Below are positions 40,363 to 54,621 of a DNA stretch of 64,000 bases, one piece after another (positions within the stretch are counted from its first letter, which is position 1; each line of letters starts with the position of its first letter). The stretch spans positions 4,960,001 through 5,024,000 of the forward strand of contig OX597816.1 in assembly GCA_951406725.2 (NCBI GenBank), given 5' to 3'. Under the pieces are notes generated by a model, which saw only the letters and a list, made by a program, of their open reading frames with translations, made no database searches and had not been told where the DNA came from. The stretch is from Octopus vulgaris. Its lineage: Eukaryota. The position numbers and the translations under genes are program-made.

Positions 40363-40459
40363 CTACGTTGGATATCCCTGTTGCTTATTTTGATTATATA
40401 TATACATATATATATATATCATCATCATCATCATCATCGTTTAACGTCCGTGATGATGA

Positions 40460-40501
<42 letters not shown>

Positions 40502-40530
40502 TATATTTTAACAAAACTATTTTAACAAAA

Positions 40531-40568
40531 CTGTCCGACGAACAGGAACGTGAAACTCAGAGTAACAG
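40531..40568 (+). ncRNA. Hammerhead motif, variant core CCGACGA (family of 23633)
   Basis: ctgt-CCGACGA-acaggaacgt-GAAA-ctcagag-TA-acag, followed by the same downstream sequence as 23670-23705. Confidence 0.55.
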
Positions 40569-41004
40569 ATTTTGTTACATTTCTGCTGCTTTTAAATTAA
40601 GTATATATCTATAGCAGCCACCATTCTGGTATTTATTTACACCAATACAGTCACACACACACACACCCATACAGTCACACACACACACACATACAGACAA
40701 GTGCCAGCATACATACACTCACACACAAGCATATTTTCATTGTAGTTTCTTACATCTAATTCCGTCAGAAATATTTCGTAACAGGTTTCTAAAGAAAGGT
40801 TACTGGAAGTTGTAAAACATAACCTTTTCGCCAAAAGGTATCATTGATAAAACAAGCCGATCTCCTGCTAGACGTGAAAACGTAGGTTATAGACGGAGCA
40901 TCTTATAAAACATTGTAAGTAACACAAAGAACAGACAAATATGGACGGGAAAATACAATAAAAATACAAGACAAGCTGGGAAAAAAAAAAAAGGCTATAC
41001 TTAC

Positions 41005-41208
41005 TAAATGCTGAAATGAATTCTTTGAAGGAAATCTTATTATCATGGTCGGTATCTTCAAAGGGTAACATGTTCAGGAGACTACATTTGGCAGAGAGGT
41101 TCTTAAATTGTTCCTTCTCTTCAATGTGCAAAAGTTCAGATTCTTGTAAAAAGTTATCAAGGCTGTCGTCATAGTAACTAAACATCAGAGTGGCGAGATA
41201 CTGTTTAA
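41005..41208 (-). CDS. FSTL5: FSTL4/5-like gene, internal exon (EF-hand pair)
   Basis: Acceptor ttttccAG, donor GTAAGT; 204 nt, phase 1-1. Translates KQYLATLMFSYYDDSLDNFLQESELLHIEEKEQFKNLSAKCSLLNMLPFEDTDHDNKISFKEFISAF, with the two EF-hand-like loops and central Cys seen in vertebrate FSTL4/5. The symbol is family level; an invertebrate gene would be co-orthologous to FSTL4 and FSTL5. Confidence 0.9.
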
Positions 41209-41468
41209 CTGGAAAACAGAATGAAACAAGAAAATAGAAAAATTATGTTTAATATGAAATTATATTTTTAGTATGAATAATTAAAGACAAAAATAAGCTC
41301 TGAAAATTAGCATCAAAAGATGACATTGTTTTCTTCAGATAATTAACCTAATTAAATTGACGACTGATTCATTGAAAAGTCTTGTTTTGCTCCATTTTCT
41401 TCTTCTGGGGATGGAATAAGTCTACACTGTCAGACTTATGTTCCATTTTAGAGGAAATTTATGTCATA

Positions 41469-41848
41469 CTAGCAGTATCGCCCGGCGTTGCTCGGGTTTG
41501 TAAGGGAAATATCTATATAAGCATTTTTAGAGAGTTATAGCCAAAAAATAGCAAAAAATGCATTAAAAATGGTAAAAAAATTATGGTAAATTTTTTTTTA
41601 AATCGTTGACTCATCGTAGACATTTTTAGAGAGTTACTTCCCTTATATAATAGCGAAAAAAATGTATTAAAAGGAAAAAAATGATGGTAATTTTTTTTTT
41701 TAAATCGTAGACTCATCGTAGACGTGCGCTAATACCCAGAAGGGCTCGATATGAATCACGGTTAAACTGCACTGCAAAATGTGGGAGTAGTTAGGAATCT
41801 AAATCATAGGAGACAGACACACAACTTCACTTTTATATATAAAGAAGA
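41469..41848 (-). mobile_element. Non-autonomous Helitron
   Basis: On the minus strand: 5' TC..tatataaaagtgaagttg, subterminal hairpin cccgagcaacgccggg, 3' CTAG, A|T insertion site. Confidence 0.78.
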
Positions 41849-41885
41849 TGTTCAGCTTTACAGAAATCAGAGATAAACACCATGG

Positions 41886-41930
<45 letters not shown>

Positions 41931-42449
41931 TGTGTATGTTTTTGATTGTACCCATATGCAGCATATACATATGTGTTTATATATCCCCATGTGATCATAA
42001 TCATCATTTAACATCCTTTTTTCCAAGCTGGTATGGGTTAGATGATTTGATAGGAGCTGGCAGCGCACGATATTATGTACAATAGACACTCTTATTAGCA
42101 TCCAACCTTTGTCCTGGATGGTGAACCCTAAGCTTGACCCTAACCCTAAGCCTAACCCGAACCCATTTTGACAGGACCTTCTGATTCTTCAATATGGACG
42201 GTCTGACTGAGGGCTGGCAACCCAGAAGACTATACCAGGCTCTGATTTGGCAAGGCTTCTACAGCTGGATATCCTTCCTAATGCCAACCACTCCAAGAGT
42301 GTAGTGGGTGCTTTTTACGTACCACCGGCATGAGGGCCAGCCAGTGACACTACCAATGACCATGCTCGAATGGTGCATTTTACATGCCACCAGCACAGGA
42401 GCCAGTCATATATATATATACATATATATATATACATATATATATATAC

Positions 42450-42493
<44 letters not shown>

Positions 42494-42564
42494 GTATATG
42501 TATATATATATGTATATGTATATATATGTATATGTATATGTATATGTGTATGTATATATATATG

Positions 42565-42609
<45 letters not shown>

Positions 42610-42750
42610 CACATATATCTACATACATATATATATATACATACATACATATATCTACATATATATATATATATATATATATATACGTACATATATATAC
42701 ATACATATATATACATATATATACATATATATACATACATGTATATATAC

Positions 42751-42796
<46 letters not shown>

Positions 42797-43561
42797 TTTA
42801 TGTCACAAAATCCTCTATTATCCCATGTCTATTTTGCATACATGTTGCTCCTCCATTAAAACGAACCCTAGCAGCTATACATGAGACTTAGGTAGCCAAA
42901 TTAATTAACAGTGAAATGAGGGCTGCATTGTTGAAACTTCAAAGTAAAGCATCAACCTCTTCTCTGCTCAAATTGTACATACGTGCATGGGTGCACTGAG
43001 ACTGTTTAATCCTGATATTTACATAATATCTGCTATACACAAATCACATCAGTAACTTGGACTTGGTCTCGCACACCCGTTACCGGCACAGATAGACACA
43101 CATTTAAGTTATTTCTGAACACGAATGAATTAAATGTGATCTTCCATGCAAGCGGGTAACCAGTTCAACACATCTCTGACCCATAAATAATCACCTGTCA
43201 GCGCTTTATATCCTTTTCCATAATTATTTTCGCCTTTTCTTTGATTTTTACGCCTTCTGTTTTGGCAATTTATTTTCCTTCTTATATCTTTTGTATTTCC
43301 TTTTCCTAACATTGTTCAGAAAACACTTGCACATATATTTACCATTCTTTATACACAACATGTTTGCTGAATATGTGCATAACATTCTTGTGATGAATGA
43401 CTCTCACTCACATGTACACACACATATAAACACCTGCCAATAATTTGTATATAAATGTTCAGATTATATCGGTGATATTCTCTACTTCATTTCAAGAAGG
43501 CTCAACAATCTCACACTTAGAATAATGTGCAAAAAATCTTTATCAAATATTTAAGAACTGG

Positions 43562-43962
43562 AAGGCGGCGAGCTGGCAGAAATGTTAGCACGCCGGGCGA
43601 AATGCTCAGCGATATTTTGTCTGCCACTACATTCTGAGTTCAAATTCCGCCGAGGTCGACTTTGCCTTTCATCCTTTCGGGGTCGATTAAATAAGTACCA
43701 GTTATGCACTGGGGTCGATGTAATCGACTTAATCCGGTTGTCTGTCCTTGTTTGTCCCCTCTGTGTTTAGCCCCTTGTGGGTAGTAAAGAAATAGGTATT
43801 TCGTCTGCTGCTACGTTCTGAGTTCTAATTCCACCGAAGTCGACTTTGCCTTTGATTCTTTCAGGGTCGATAAATTAAGTGCCAGTTGTGTACTGGGGTC
43901 GATCTAATCGATTGGCCCCCTCCCTCAAAATTTCAGTCCTTGTGCATAGAGTTGAAAGGATT
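43562..43962 (+). mobile_element. SINE family B, full length
   Basis: aaggcggcgagctggcagaa head and dimeric core. Confidence 0.88.
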
Positions 43963-45375
43963 ATACAGTACTGCACTTCACACAGTACAGGAACCACTAT
44001 TTAAAAATTTTTTCTTATTTGTTTCAGTCATTTGACTGTGGCCATGCTGGAGCGCCACATTTAGTCGAACATATCGACCCCAGGACTCATCCTTTGTAAG
44101 CCTAGGACTTATTCTATCAGTCTCTTTTGCCAAACCGCTATGTTATGGGGATGTAAACGTACCAGCATCAGTTGTCAGGTGATGGTGGGGGACAAAAACA
44201 GACACACAAACATACACACACACACACACACACACGCACATATATGTATGTATATATATATATATATACATATGTGTGTGTGTGTGTGTATTGTCAAAGA
44301 ATTGGGTTTATTTTCTTATTTCCTTTCCAGTAATTCTAACTATTTACTTTACCAACTATGGCTAGAAAGAAAGCCATTAGAACCCTGCATGGTGATCTCT
44401 AACCTGATCATCTAAATTATTTTTATAATGCTTTAAAACTTTTATGGTGTGGCTTTTAATAACATTTAACTTAATATCAATCGAAAGGGTCTTTTTGTAC
44501 TTTTTACTTTCAAACAAAAATGGATTTTAACCCTTAGAACCTTGCTAAAGATTAATTTATTTTATAGAGTAGAAGACTTTATCCCATGTTTATATTTTGG
44601 TGTTAATTCTTTGACTACCATTTCTGAGTGGATCTCTAAGTGAAATAAGTTTTTGTATTTCCATCTACCTTTATTGATTTCTACTAGGGCACGTTTGTTC
44701 AATTACTTATCAAGCCTTTTTCTAAAAAAACAAACATTATCTTAGATGTTTATGAGATTTCATACTCTCCAATCCACTAGTTTAATATTTTATGCTTTTG
44801 GTTCCCTGCTCTTCTATATCTAAGTCAGAAGATGAAACTAAACACTCGACTACCTTTTTTTCCCCAACTTACCATACCTGTCTTTAAAAATATTGACAAT
44901 AATGAAGCATAAAATATATTGATTTTGATTTCAAAAGATAACCAATATCTCAAATACATATTCTTCAATTTACTGTTTTTTATGTTCAAAGTACACACAA
45001 TATTAAATGAATATTGATTTCCCACATTGGTACACGATCACAAGTTTTTAGCAGAATGGTAAAGTGGTTTTAATTGACACCAGAATATATACGGTACTCA
45101 GGTTAAAAAACTCAAAGCAAGCATCAGAAGAATTTTAAACTCAGAAGAATATAAAAACAATGGCATTAGATACTGAAAACGTTCCAGTTCCCTATTTTAT
45201 CATCTCTAATTTAAAAGATAAAACTTCTCTGACGATAAAGAAATTAAACACTTCTCTGTCTTGGTTTCAGTTTTTAGAAATATCGGGAATAATAAACTTC
45301 GAAATATATTGATTCGGTGAAATCTGGAAAAATTAGATTTAAAAAAAAAAATTCTAAATGGCCAGAAATTAAATT

Positions 45376-46775
45376 CATCATCATCATCATCATCATCATC
45401 GTTTAACGTCCGTTTTCCACGCTAGCACAGGTTGGACGGTTCGACCGGGGTCTGGGAAGTCAGGGGCTGCACCAGGCTCCAGTCTGATCAGGCAGAGTTT
45501 CTACAGCTGGATGCCCTTCCTAATGCCAACCACTCCGTGAGTGTAGTGGGTGCTTTTTACGTGCCATCTGCACAGGTGCCAGGGGGATCCGGCATCGGCC
45601 ACGATCGGTTGGAGCTTTTAACGTGCCACCGGCACGGAAGCCAGCCAAGGCGGCACTGGCAACTTCGTTTTTGATATATTTTTAACTTCATAACGAAGCT
45701 TCAGTAAATGTGAAAGATGCATAGTTCTTTTGACTCAACCAGTTCAGAGATTTAAAATGTCAAAATTGACTGAAGACTCCACATTTCAGAGTCAGGCAGT
45801 GAGAGTCACCAGAATCATTTGTACGCTGGACAAAATGGTTCCCAACATTTCTCCCTGTTCTTCAGGTTCACTTTGCCTTTCATCGTTTTTGGGGTTGAGA
45901 AAATAAAGTATCAGACACTCACTGGGGTCGACACAATCAGCTATAGCCACATCCTCATCATCATCATCGTTTAACGTCCGTTTTCCATGCTAGCATGGGT
46001 TGGACGGTTCAACCGGGGTCTGGGAAGGCAAAAGGCTGCACCAGGGTTCAGTCTGATCTGGCAGTGTTTCTACAGCTGGATGCCCTTCCTAACACCAACC
46101 ACTCAAAGAGTGTAGTGGGTGCTTTTTACATGCCACTGGCACAGGTGCCAGGGGAGGCTGGCAGCGGCCACGGTCGGATTGGTGCTTTTTACGTGCCACC
46201 GGCATGGAGGCCAGTTAAGGCAGCGCTGGCAACAGCCACGTTTGGATTGTTCTTTTACGTGCCACCGGCACAGGTATCACAATTACAATTTCCATTGATT
46301 TTTGATCAAACATTTGATAATAACTTTTACTTCACCACACAAGTAATTTTCTGATTTGTAATTAATTAGGAAGTTTCCACAATCCAACACAATTGAAAGA
46401 ATAATTCTTTAGCAGCCATGAATACTTGATTGCAGAAGCTGTTAGCTTAACCTTGACAAGACAAAGGAAAATCATCATCATCATCATTATCGTTTAACGT
46501 CCGCTTTCCATGCTAGCATGGGTTGGACGGTTCAACTGGGGTCTGGGAAGCCAGAAGGCTGCATCAGGCCCAGTTTGATCTGGCAATGTTTCTACGGCTG
46601 GATGCCCTTCCTAACGCTAACCACTCCATGAGTGTAGTGGGTGCTTTTAACGTGCCACCGGCACAGGTGCCAGACAAGTCTGGCAAACGGCCACGATCGG
46701 ATGGTGCTTTTTACGTGTCACCGGCACGGGGGCCATGCGAGGCTGGCAACGGCCACGAACGGATGGTGCTTTTTA
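45376..46775 (-). mobile_element. Cluster of three SINE-like family C copies
   Basis: Copies at ~45376-45665, ~45955-46280 and ~46472-46775, all in the same orientation. Confidence 0.85.
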
Positions 46776-47812
46776 CAATTATATTTATATCGGCCAACTA
46801 AAACAACAAACTAAGGTTGAGCAGGAGTCATTAAAAGGATTATAATTGATGGCAAGAGAGTGTGTGGAGCTGGACGGTGGATTTCCACATATTGAAGCAA
46901 GATGTGAGATGTGTAAAAAGACATTGGTCAGTCTCTGTGGAAATTAGCTGGCAAGATCTAAGATGACATTCCACCTGGACATCTCTGACTCTGCAAAACT
47001 GGCACTGAAAACCAGCCTATTTATAACTCTTGAACTGAGACATTCTAGAAGGATCTAGAATGATCTATCACATGCAGTGTGGCGACTGATTGGTCAATAT
47101 CTCAGTTTCTCACATGAACAAGGTCGTGCTATGTTGCGATTTAAACTTTGCAATCTGACGAATCGGTTTTGAGTCTTGCTACCAGGTTGTAATAACGTCA
47201 CGTATCTAGAACAAGAGCACAAACGAACTTGGAATAACGAAAATCATACTTTCTCATCAAAAACACACTCCTAGAATTTGAATGAAATGTTACTAAGTGG
47301 AAACAAAAACTGGGTCAGGCAGACTGTTATTTTCTTTCAAAAAAACACCCACTGAATTCAATTGAAATAACGAAAGAACTACAATCAATATTTCAGCAAA
47401 AGATTAATTTACAAAATTACCAAAAATTTTGTTAAAGACAGAGAGAAATATTAGCATTTTTGTGTTTTCACTTTTATGTTGCTAATTCAAATATATTTTT
47501 AAATTGTTTTTTTTTTCCCCTTCTTTCAGTTTTTGAAAAAAAAACCCAAAGCTCAGAATATAATGCTAAAATAGAAATCAAATTAAAATAACTTCTAATT
47601 TCTTTCTTCTTTATCTTGCCTACTCCTACTGAGCAACATATATATATATATGTATATATTTATATATATGTATATATATATGTATATATTTATATATATG
47701 TATGTATATATATATATATATATTATATACATATACATATATATATGTATAATTATATACATATACATATATATATATACATTACACATACACACACACA
47801 CACACACAATAT

Positions 47813-47865
<53 letters not shown>

Positions 47866-48113
47866 TGTTTCTATGTATGGATTGATAGCTAGGCACATAG
47901 ATATACATAGATATACATACATACATAGATACACCTATATAATTAGATATTTGTGTGTGTATGTGGGGAGGGGTATATATGTATACACACATACACAGGA
48001 TTGGTGGAAGACACAGAAGGAAAAGTAGTCAAAATATGCAACAGAACATTCATGTATTCATTCTGAGATGGCTTATTATCAGGAGTACACACACACACAC
48101 ACACACATACATA

Positions 48114-48510
48114 CATCATCATCATCATCGTTTAACGTCCGTTCTCCATGCTGTCATGGGTTGGACGGTTCGACCGGGGTCTGGGAAGCCAGAAGGCTGC
48201 ACCAGGCTCCAGTCTTATCTGGCAGTGTTTCTACAGCTGGATGCCCTTCCTAACGCCAACCACTCTGTGAGTGTAGTGGGTGCTTTTTACGTGCCACCTG
48301 CACAGGTGCCAGGTGAGGCTGGCAACAGCCACGGTCGGACTGGTGCATTTTACGTGCCACCGGCACAGAAGCCAGTCGTGGCGGCGCTGGCATCGGCTAC
48401 GATTCGGATAGTGCTTTTTAGGTACCACCAGTCCAGGGGTCCTGGCATCTGCCGGGTGCCAGTCATAGGATTGGTTCAATTTCGATTCTGATTTCGATTT
48501 CACTTGCCCC
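48114..48510 (-). mobile_element. SINE-like family C
   Basis: Body plus internal units. Confidence 0.85.
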
Positions 48511-48929
48511 AACAGGTTTTTGGTAATATATTTTGGACCCTATGGGCAGCTTTCTCACAAGGGGCAAATTATGAAATCTGGGAAACTTGTTCCTTGTAAA
48601 TGAATGGGAGATTTTTAAAGGCTTTAACTGAATGACTGTACAGAGATGACGGACTCTTTATTTCAAAGAGCTTGAAAGAGAAAGGAAGAGTATACAGCTG
48701 ACAATTTCATGAACTCAATAATTACAACTTCCAACGAATTCAACCTGAATTAGTCTTACAATGGTAAATTTCATTTGGTTATGTTTAATCTAAACTCTAA
48801 ATCAAGTGGATCTACAACAAACCCAGCAGGATTCTAGTGCAGATTGATATCCCATCTAAATCCCTATCAAATGTGTAAAGTGTGTATTAATAATCATGAA
48901 GAAAAAGACCGCGTTGCCGTCCTAGCACT

Positions 48930-49213
48930 TGTGCTAGTGGCATGTGAAACATTCGAGCGAGGTCGTCGCCAGTGCCACTGGACTGGCTCCTGTGCAGGTG
49001 GCATGTAAAAAGCACCATTTGGGCGTGGCCATTGCCAGCACCACCAAACTGGCACATAAAAGCACCTACTACACTCTCACACAGTGGTTGGCATTAGGAA
49101 GGGCAGCCAGCTGTAGAAACTCTGCCAGATCAGATTGGAGTCTGGTTTGCCAGACCTCAGTCAAATCGTCCAACCCATGCTAGCATGGAAAGCGGACGTT
49201 AAACGATGATGAT
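48930..49213 (+). mobile_element. SINE-like family C
   Basis: Opposite orientation to the 48114 copy. Confidence 0.8.
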
Positions 49214-49650
49214 AAAAAGGATGAGAACATTGTCCGAAAATAAAACCAGGTCTGACTGGGCTGTGAAGTAGAATAATGTGGCCTAATCTTGTAAAGATAA
49301 GTAAAATGTGCTCAGCAAGAAATGTTATGAGTGGTACACTGCTGGATACACTGATGAGGGTTTCAGTTGATCAATGGGTCAACCTGCTCACGGCATTAAT
49401 GTGCATTAATGTGCAGGTAGCTGGGCACTCCACAGGTATGTGTAACGAGACACAGAATGGAACAAGGCTGGCCCTTTGAAATACAAATATAATTCATTTT
49501 CGCCAGCTGAGTGGACTGGAGAAACGTGAAATGAAGTGTTTTGCTCAAAGATACAATGCACTGCTAGGAATCGAACTCCCAAACTTACAGCCTGAGGCTG
49601 AACACCCTCACCACTAAGCCACATGTCTTTGCTAAGAAATGTTATATATA

Positions 49651-50067
49651 GGCGCAGGAGTGGCTGTGTGGTAAGTAGCTTGCTAACCAACCACATGGTT
49701 CTGGGTTCAGTCCCACTGCGTGGCATCTTGGGCAAGTGTCTTCTGCTACAGCCTCGGGCCGACCAATGCCTTGTGAGTGGATTTGGTAGACGGAAACTGA
49801 AAGAAGCCTGTCGTATATATGTATATATATGTGTATATGTGTATGCGTGTGTGTTTGTTTGTGTGTGTTTGTCCCCCTAGCATTGTTTGACAACCGATGC
49901 TGGTGTGTTAACGTCCCCGTCACTTAGCGGTTCGCCAAAAGAGACCGATAGAATAAGTACTGGGCTTACAAAAGAATAAGTCCCGGGGTCGATTTGCTCG
50001 ACTAAAGGCGGTGCTCCAGCATGGCCGCAGTCAAATGACTGAAACAAGTAAAAGAGTAAAAGAGTAA
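49651..50067 (+). mobile_element. SINE family A, full length
   Basis: ggcgcaggagtggctgtgtggtaag (A box), gggttcagtccc (B box), (gtaaaaga)2 tail. Confidence 0.9.
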
Positions 50068-50920
50068 CCCATCATACAACATTGCTGTCAAACCCAGAAT
50101 TGCAGTTTCTCTCCTCAATCTTGTCTGAGAGGAAAACTTCTCGTGAGGCTTTCTTATCTTAATTTTTTTCCCCTGTTCTTCCATCACCAATTCCTCCATC
50201 ACACATTTAAAAGTATTAAACTAAATTCACTCTAATACAATATTTTGTCACTGACCAAGCATGGAACATTATATTTGGCAAGCAACAAAGTAAAGTATGA
50301 GCTTGACTTTAAACCAAATTAAAATTTAGTTAATTGTCTGATTAATTTTAATCTAAATCTTCAAGTCGGTTAACTCTCCAGAGCTTCTTATCAAATGCAA
50401 AATTTCATTACCTGAAAAGCTTGAGTAAAATCATGAGATATTTAAATATATCATAGTTATCTCACTTGTTTTAAATATTAAGTAATTAATACCTAAAAAG
50501 CTAATTAGCAAGAATGAAATATAGAAATATAAAATAATTTTTTTATTAAAGTAATTCACGATATAAAAGTTGGAATAACTTTCTGTTTTGAAATTTTCGT
50601 ATTTTGATTATTAACAGCATTGCTCTGCTGGTTTCACTTCTTCTACCAAAGCCAATGAAGGAACATAGAGATGGTAGATTGGTTTGCTAGAAATAGCAGT
50701 AACTAAATAAATATAGGTGAAGGCATGGCTGTATGCTTAACAGGCTTGCTCCCCACTTATGTAGTCTTGGTTCTGGGTTCAATCCCAGATTGTGGCACTT
50801 TATGCATATGGCTTCCATAGCTCTGGGCAAACCAAAGACTTGTGAGTGGATTTGGCCAACAGAAACAGTAAGAGATTTCTTGTAATTAATGTATATGTAT
50901 GTAGTAATGTGCACCCTTGA

Positions 50921-51320
50921 CAAGGCGACGAGCTGGCAGAATCGTTAGCACATCGGGTGAAATGCTTAGCAGTATTTCATCTGCCGTTACGTTCTGCATT
51001 CAAATTCTGCCGAGGTTGACTTTGCCTTTCATCTTTTTGGGGTCAATAGATTAAGTACCAGTTATGCACTGAGGTCAATGTAATCGACTTAATCCATTTG
51101 TCTGTCCTTGTTTGTCCTCTCTGTGTTTAGCCCCTTGTGGTTAGTAAAGAAATAGATATTTCGACTGTCTAAACATTCTGAGTTCAAATTCTGCCGAAGT
51201 CAACTTTGCCTTTCATTCTTTCAAGGTTGATAAATTAAGTACCAGTTGTGTACTGGGGTTGATCTAATCGACTGGCTCCTTCCCCCAAACTTTCAGGCCT
51301 TGTGCTTAGAGTAGAAAAGA
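50921..51320 (+). mobile_element. SINE family B with target-site duplication
   Basis: Flanked by aatgtgcacccttgac / aatgtacacccttgac. Confidence 0.88.
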
Positions 51321-52786
51321 ATGTACACCCTTGACTTGATATCACATGATAATTGTAAATGAAAATCACTGTCATACAAGCAGGTAAGTGTTGGTGACAG
51401 GAAGAGTACCCCACCTTAAAAACGTTGCCTCAACAAATTCCCTCTGACCCATGCAAGCAGGGAATAGTGGACGTTAAAAGACGATGATGAAGATGTCTTT
51501 TTAAATGAACATTTTACAGGATGTAGCCCTAGATATATATAGACTAAAAGTGAAACATCTTTAGTCATAAGTCCATTTGATCAGAGTTGACTTAGGAAAC
51601 AAACAACCGTACCAACTGCACCAAACTACAATTTCTATGACTGTTCCAACTCTAGTACTGCCATGGATGCTGCTACTGCTGAATCTACTACTGCTGCAGT
51701 TGCTGTAGTCACTACTACTACTACTACTACTACTACTGATGCCATTCCAGTTATTAGTTTGGTCTGTTTCTTTTTTCTCTGAAATTATGCGAAGAAGTCT
51801 GTGACATGCAAGAATTCTATCAAATACTTAATTATATATAAATATCCAATTATGCCTAATAGGTTTGGTTAAGTCTTCTCTTCTGCATTTCCATTCTATG
51901 GTGAAATCTTTATCTGGTTATGGATGGAGATGTTAAGACGTAGTATATTCATCATACAATAATGTAGGTATTGGATAAATAAAACATCAACACCGTATTA
52001 TTCTCTAACCCACTCTTCTTTCTTTTCCAACTGGAATATCCATGGACCAACCAGCAAGGCACCTATCTATGTTCCTCTGTACCTTTAATCTCTCAAATGG
52101 CCTCAATAATACTCACTCTCCCAGCTGAGGGGGTTTGTGCATCTTTGGGCTTGCAAAGTACTAGGTGACCCTGTCCGTGCTGGTGCCACATAAGAAAGAA
52201 AAAGAGGCATCGGTGCTGGTGCTATGTAAAAAGCACTGGTGTTGATCGGCATTAGGAAGGGCGTCTAGCTGTAGCGGAAACCAAGACTAGTATGGCACCC
52301 AACCTTGCAAGCTTCTGTAAAACCATCCAACTCCGAATGACCCATCCTTGTTATCTTTGTGTTGCCTGTCTGGGTGTTTTGGTGTCCCTTTTTTGTATCA
52401 CTTAGCTGTGTAGATGTTTTGCACTCTTGTCCCATTTTTGTATTTTATATATATATATATATATGCTGCCTTTGACACCAATGCTGCCTTACTGGCTCCT
52501 GTGCGAGTGGCATGTAAAAAGCACCATTCAAGCATGGTCCATGCCAGGCCCACCTGACTGGCTCCCATGCTGGTAGCACATAAAAAGTACCCACTACACT
52601 CTCAGAGGGGTTGACGCTAAGAAGGGCATCCAGCTGTAGAAACTCTGCCAGATCAGATTGGGGCCTGGTGCAGCCTCTTGGTATGCCAGTCTCCAGTTAA
52701 ACCGTCCAACCTATGCCAGCATAGAAAACCGACATTAAAACAATGATGATATATATATGATATATATATATATATGATATATATAG

Positions 52787-53178
52787 TTGCAGGAGTGGCT
52801 GTGTGGTAAGTAGCTTGTTTACCAACCACATGGTTCCGGGTTCAGTCCCACTGCATGGCACCTTGGGCAAGTGTCTTCTACTATAGCCTCGGGCTGACCA
52901 AAGCCTTGTGAGTGGATTTGGTAGATGGAAACTGAAAGAAGCCCGTCGTATATATGTATATACATATATGCGTGTTTGTGTGTCTGTGTTTGTCCCCTAG
53001 CATTGCTTGACAACCGATGCTGGTGTGTTTATGCCCCTGTCACTTAGCGGTTCGGCAAAATAGACCGATAGAATAAGTACTGGGCTTACAAAAGAATAAG
53101 TCCTGGGGTCGATTTGCTCGACTAAAAGGCGGTGCTCCAGCATGGCCGCAGTCAAATGACTGAAACAAGTAAAAGAGT
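52787..53178 (+). mobile_element. SINE family A, full length
   Basis: As 49651-50067. Confidence 0.9.
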
Positions 53179-54142
53179 ATATCTTTTAACTTTTACTTGA
53201 TTCAGTCACTAAACTGTGGCCATGCTGGGGCACCAGGTTGTGGAATTTTTGATCAAACAAATCAACCACATCTCTTTTATTTTTAAGGCTGGTTCTTTTC
53301 AATTGGTCTCTTTGCGGGGATGTGAAGAAACCGACACGGGGTGGGGTGGGGGAGTCGTAGTGTAGTTGAAACCAGCACTAGTCATTAGAAATGCTAAAAA
53401 TAGCAGCTTCAAATTTCCTTCTACCATTTTAAGATACGGTAAGATAATGTTGTCCTGGATATAGTAAATGCCATGATGGTCATAGCTGGAATGTCTTTCA
53501 TCTTAAATCTGTTTGATCAGCACTGACCTGGAACTAAACAACAAAGAACCTGTTCCGTTTTTGCAGCTCTGCTGCTTCTGAGAATAGCCGTTAATGCGAT
53601 GGAGTTTTATCAGAACTTGCACACACGTTACTAAATCCTGCATCTCCATTTTAACCAACATTGGATGGATAAGAACTAAAATTAGCAATCCAGCATCAGC
53701 TTAGAAAGAAAAGATAAAAGGATGCTAGCATTTTTGCTTACTCACCTGTTTCTAATATCTTTATCAAGAACCTTTTTGATCTATTTCTCAAAAAAAAAAA
53801 AAAAAGCGACTTTTGAATCAAGGAAATCATTCAAGATAGACGACACTGTTTAGCGCTGATCTCAGCAGGTCCCTGATAGAAGAACTCCAATTTCAAACAT
53901 CAAAAACTTCAATTTGGATGTTTTTGCTATGAAGCTTCATTCTGAAGAAATGAGAAACTGCAAACCATTAATTGATATCGATCTCTCCAAGAAGTCATCC
54001 ACCGAGTTACTGAACTCTTTCCAGATTCACAGAGGAAATTTATAATTTGCTCATTTTGCTGTGACTATTTTAACTGAACAAAATTTCCGTGTTTCTTACA
54101 TTAAATCCTGTCAACTTTCATTTGATGTATATATATATATAT

Positions 54143-54217
<75 letters not shown>

Positions 54218-54228
54218 TACATATATAA

Positions 54229-54312
<84 letters not shown>

Positions 54313-54525
54313 TATAATCATCATCATCATCATCGTTTAACGTCCGCTTTCCATGCTAGCATGGGTTGGACGGTTCAACTGGGGTCTGGCAAGCCCGAAG
54401 GCTGCACCAGGCCAGTCAGATCTGGCAGTGTTTCTACAGCTGGATGCCCTTCCTAACGCCAACCACTCCGAGAGTGTAGTGGGTGATTTTATGTGCCACC
54501 GACACAGGTGCCAGACGAGGCTGGC

Positions 54526-54566
<41 letters not shown>

Positions 54567-54569
54567 TAA

Positions 54570-54621
<52 letters not shown>

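Noticed and set aside
42124-42164. Interstitial telomere-like (CCCTAA)n
   Set aside because: Only a few degenerate units; not evidence of a telomere or fusion.
43196-43306. Possible upstream FSTL exon (KGNTKDIRRKINCQ..KGYKALT)
   Set aside because: Phase-compatible, but the donor is weak (GTGATT) and there is no similarity to the Kazal or linker region.
50406-50420. Recursive-splicing-like TTTTCAG|GTAATG site on the minus strand
   Set aside because: Short motif expected by chance in AT-rich introns.
53746-53780. Possible 35-nt micro-exon with CAG|GTGAGT donor
   Set aside because: Good donor but an unrecognisable peptide; cannot be supported without transcripts.
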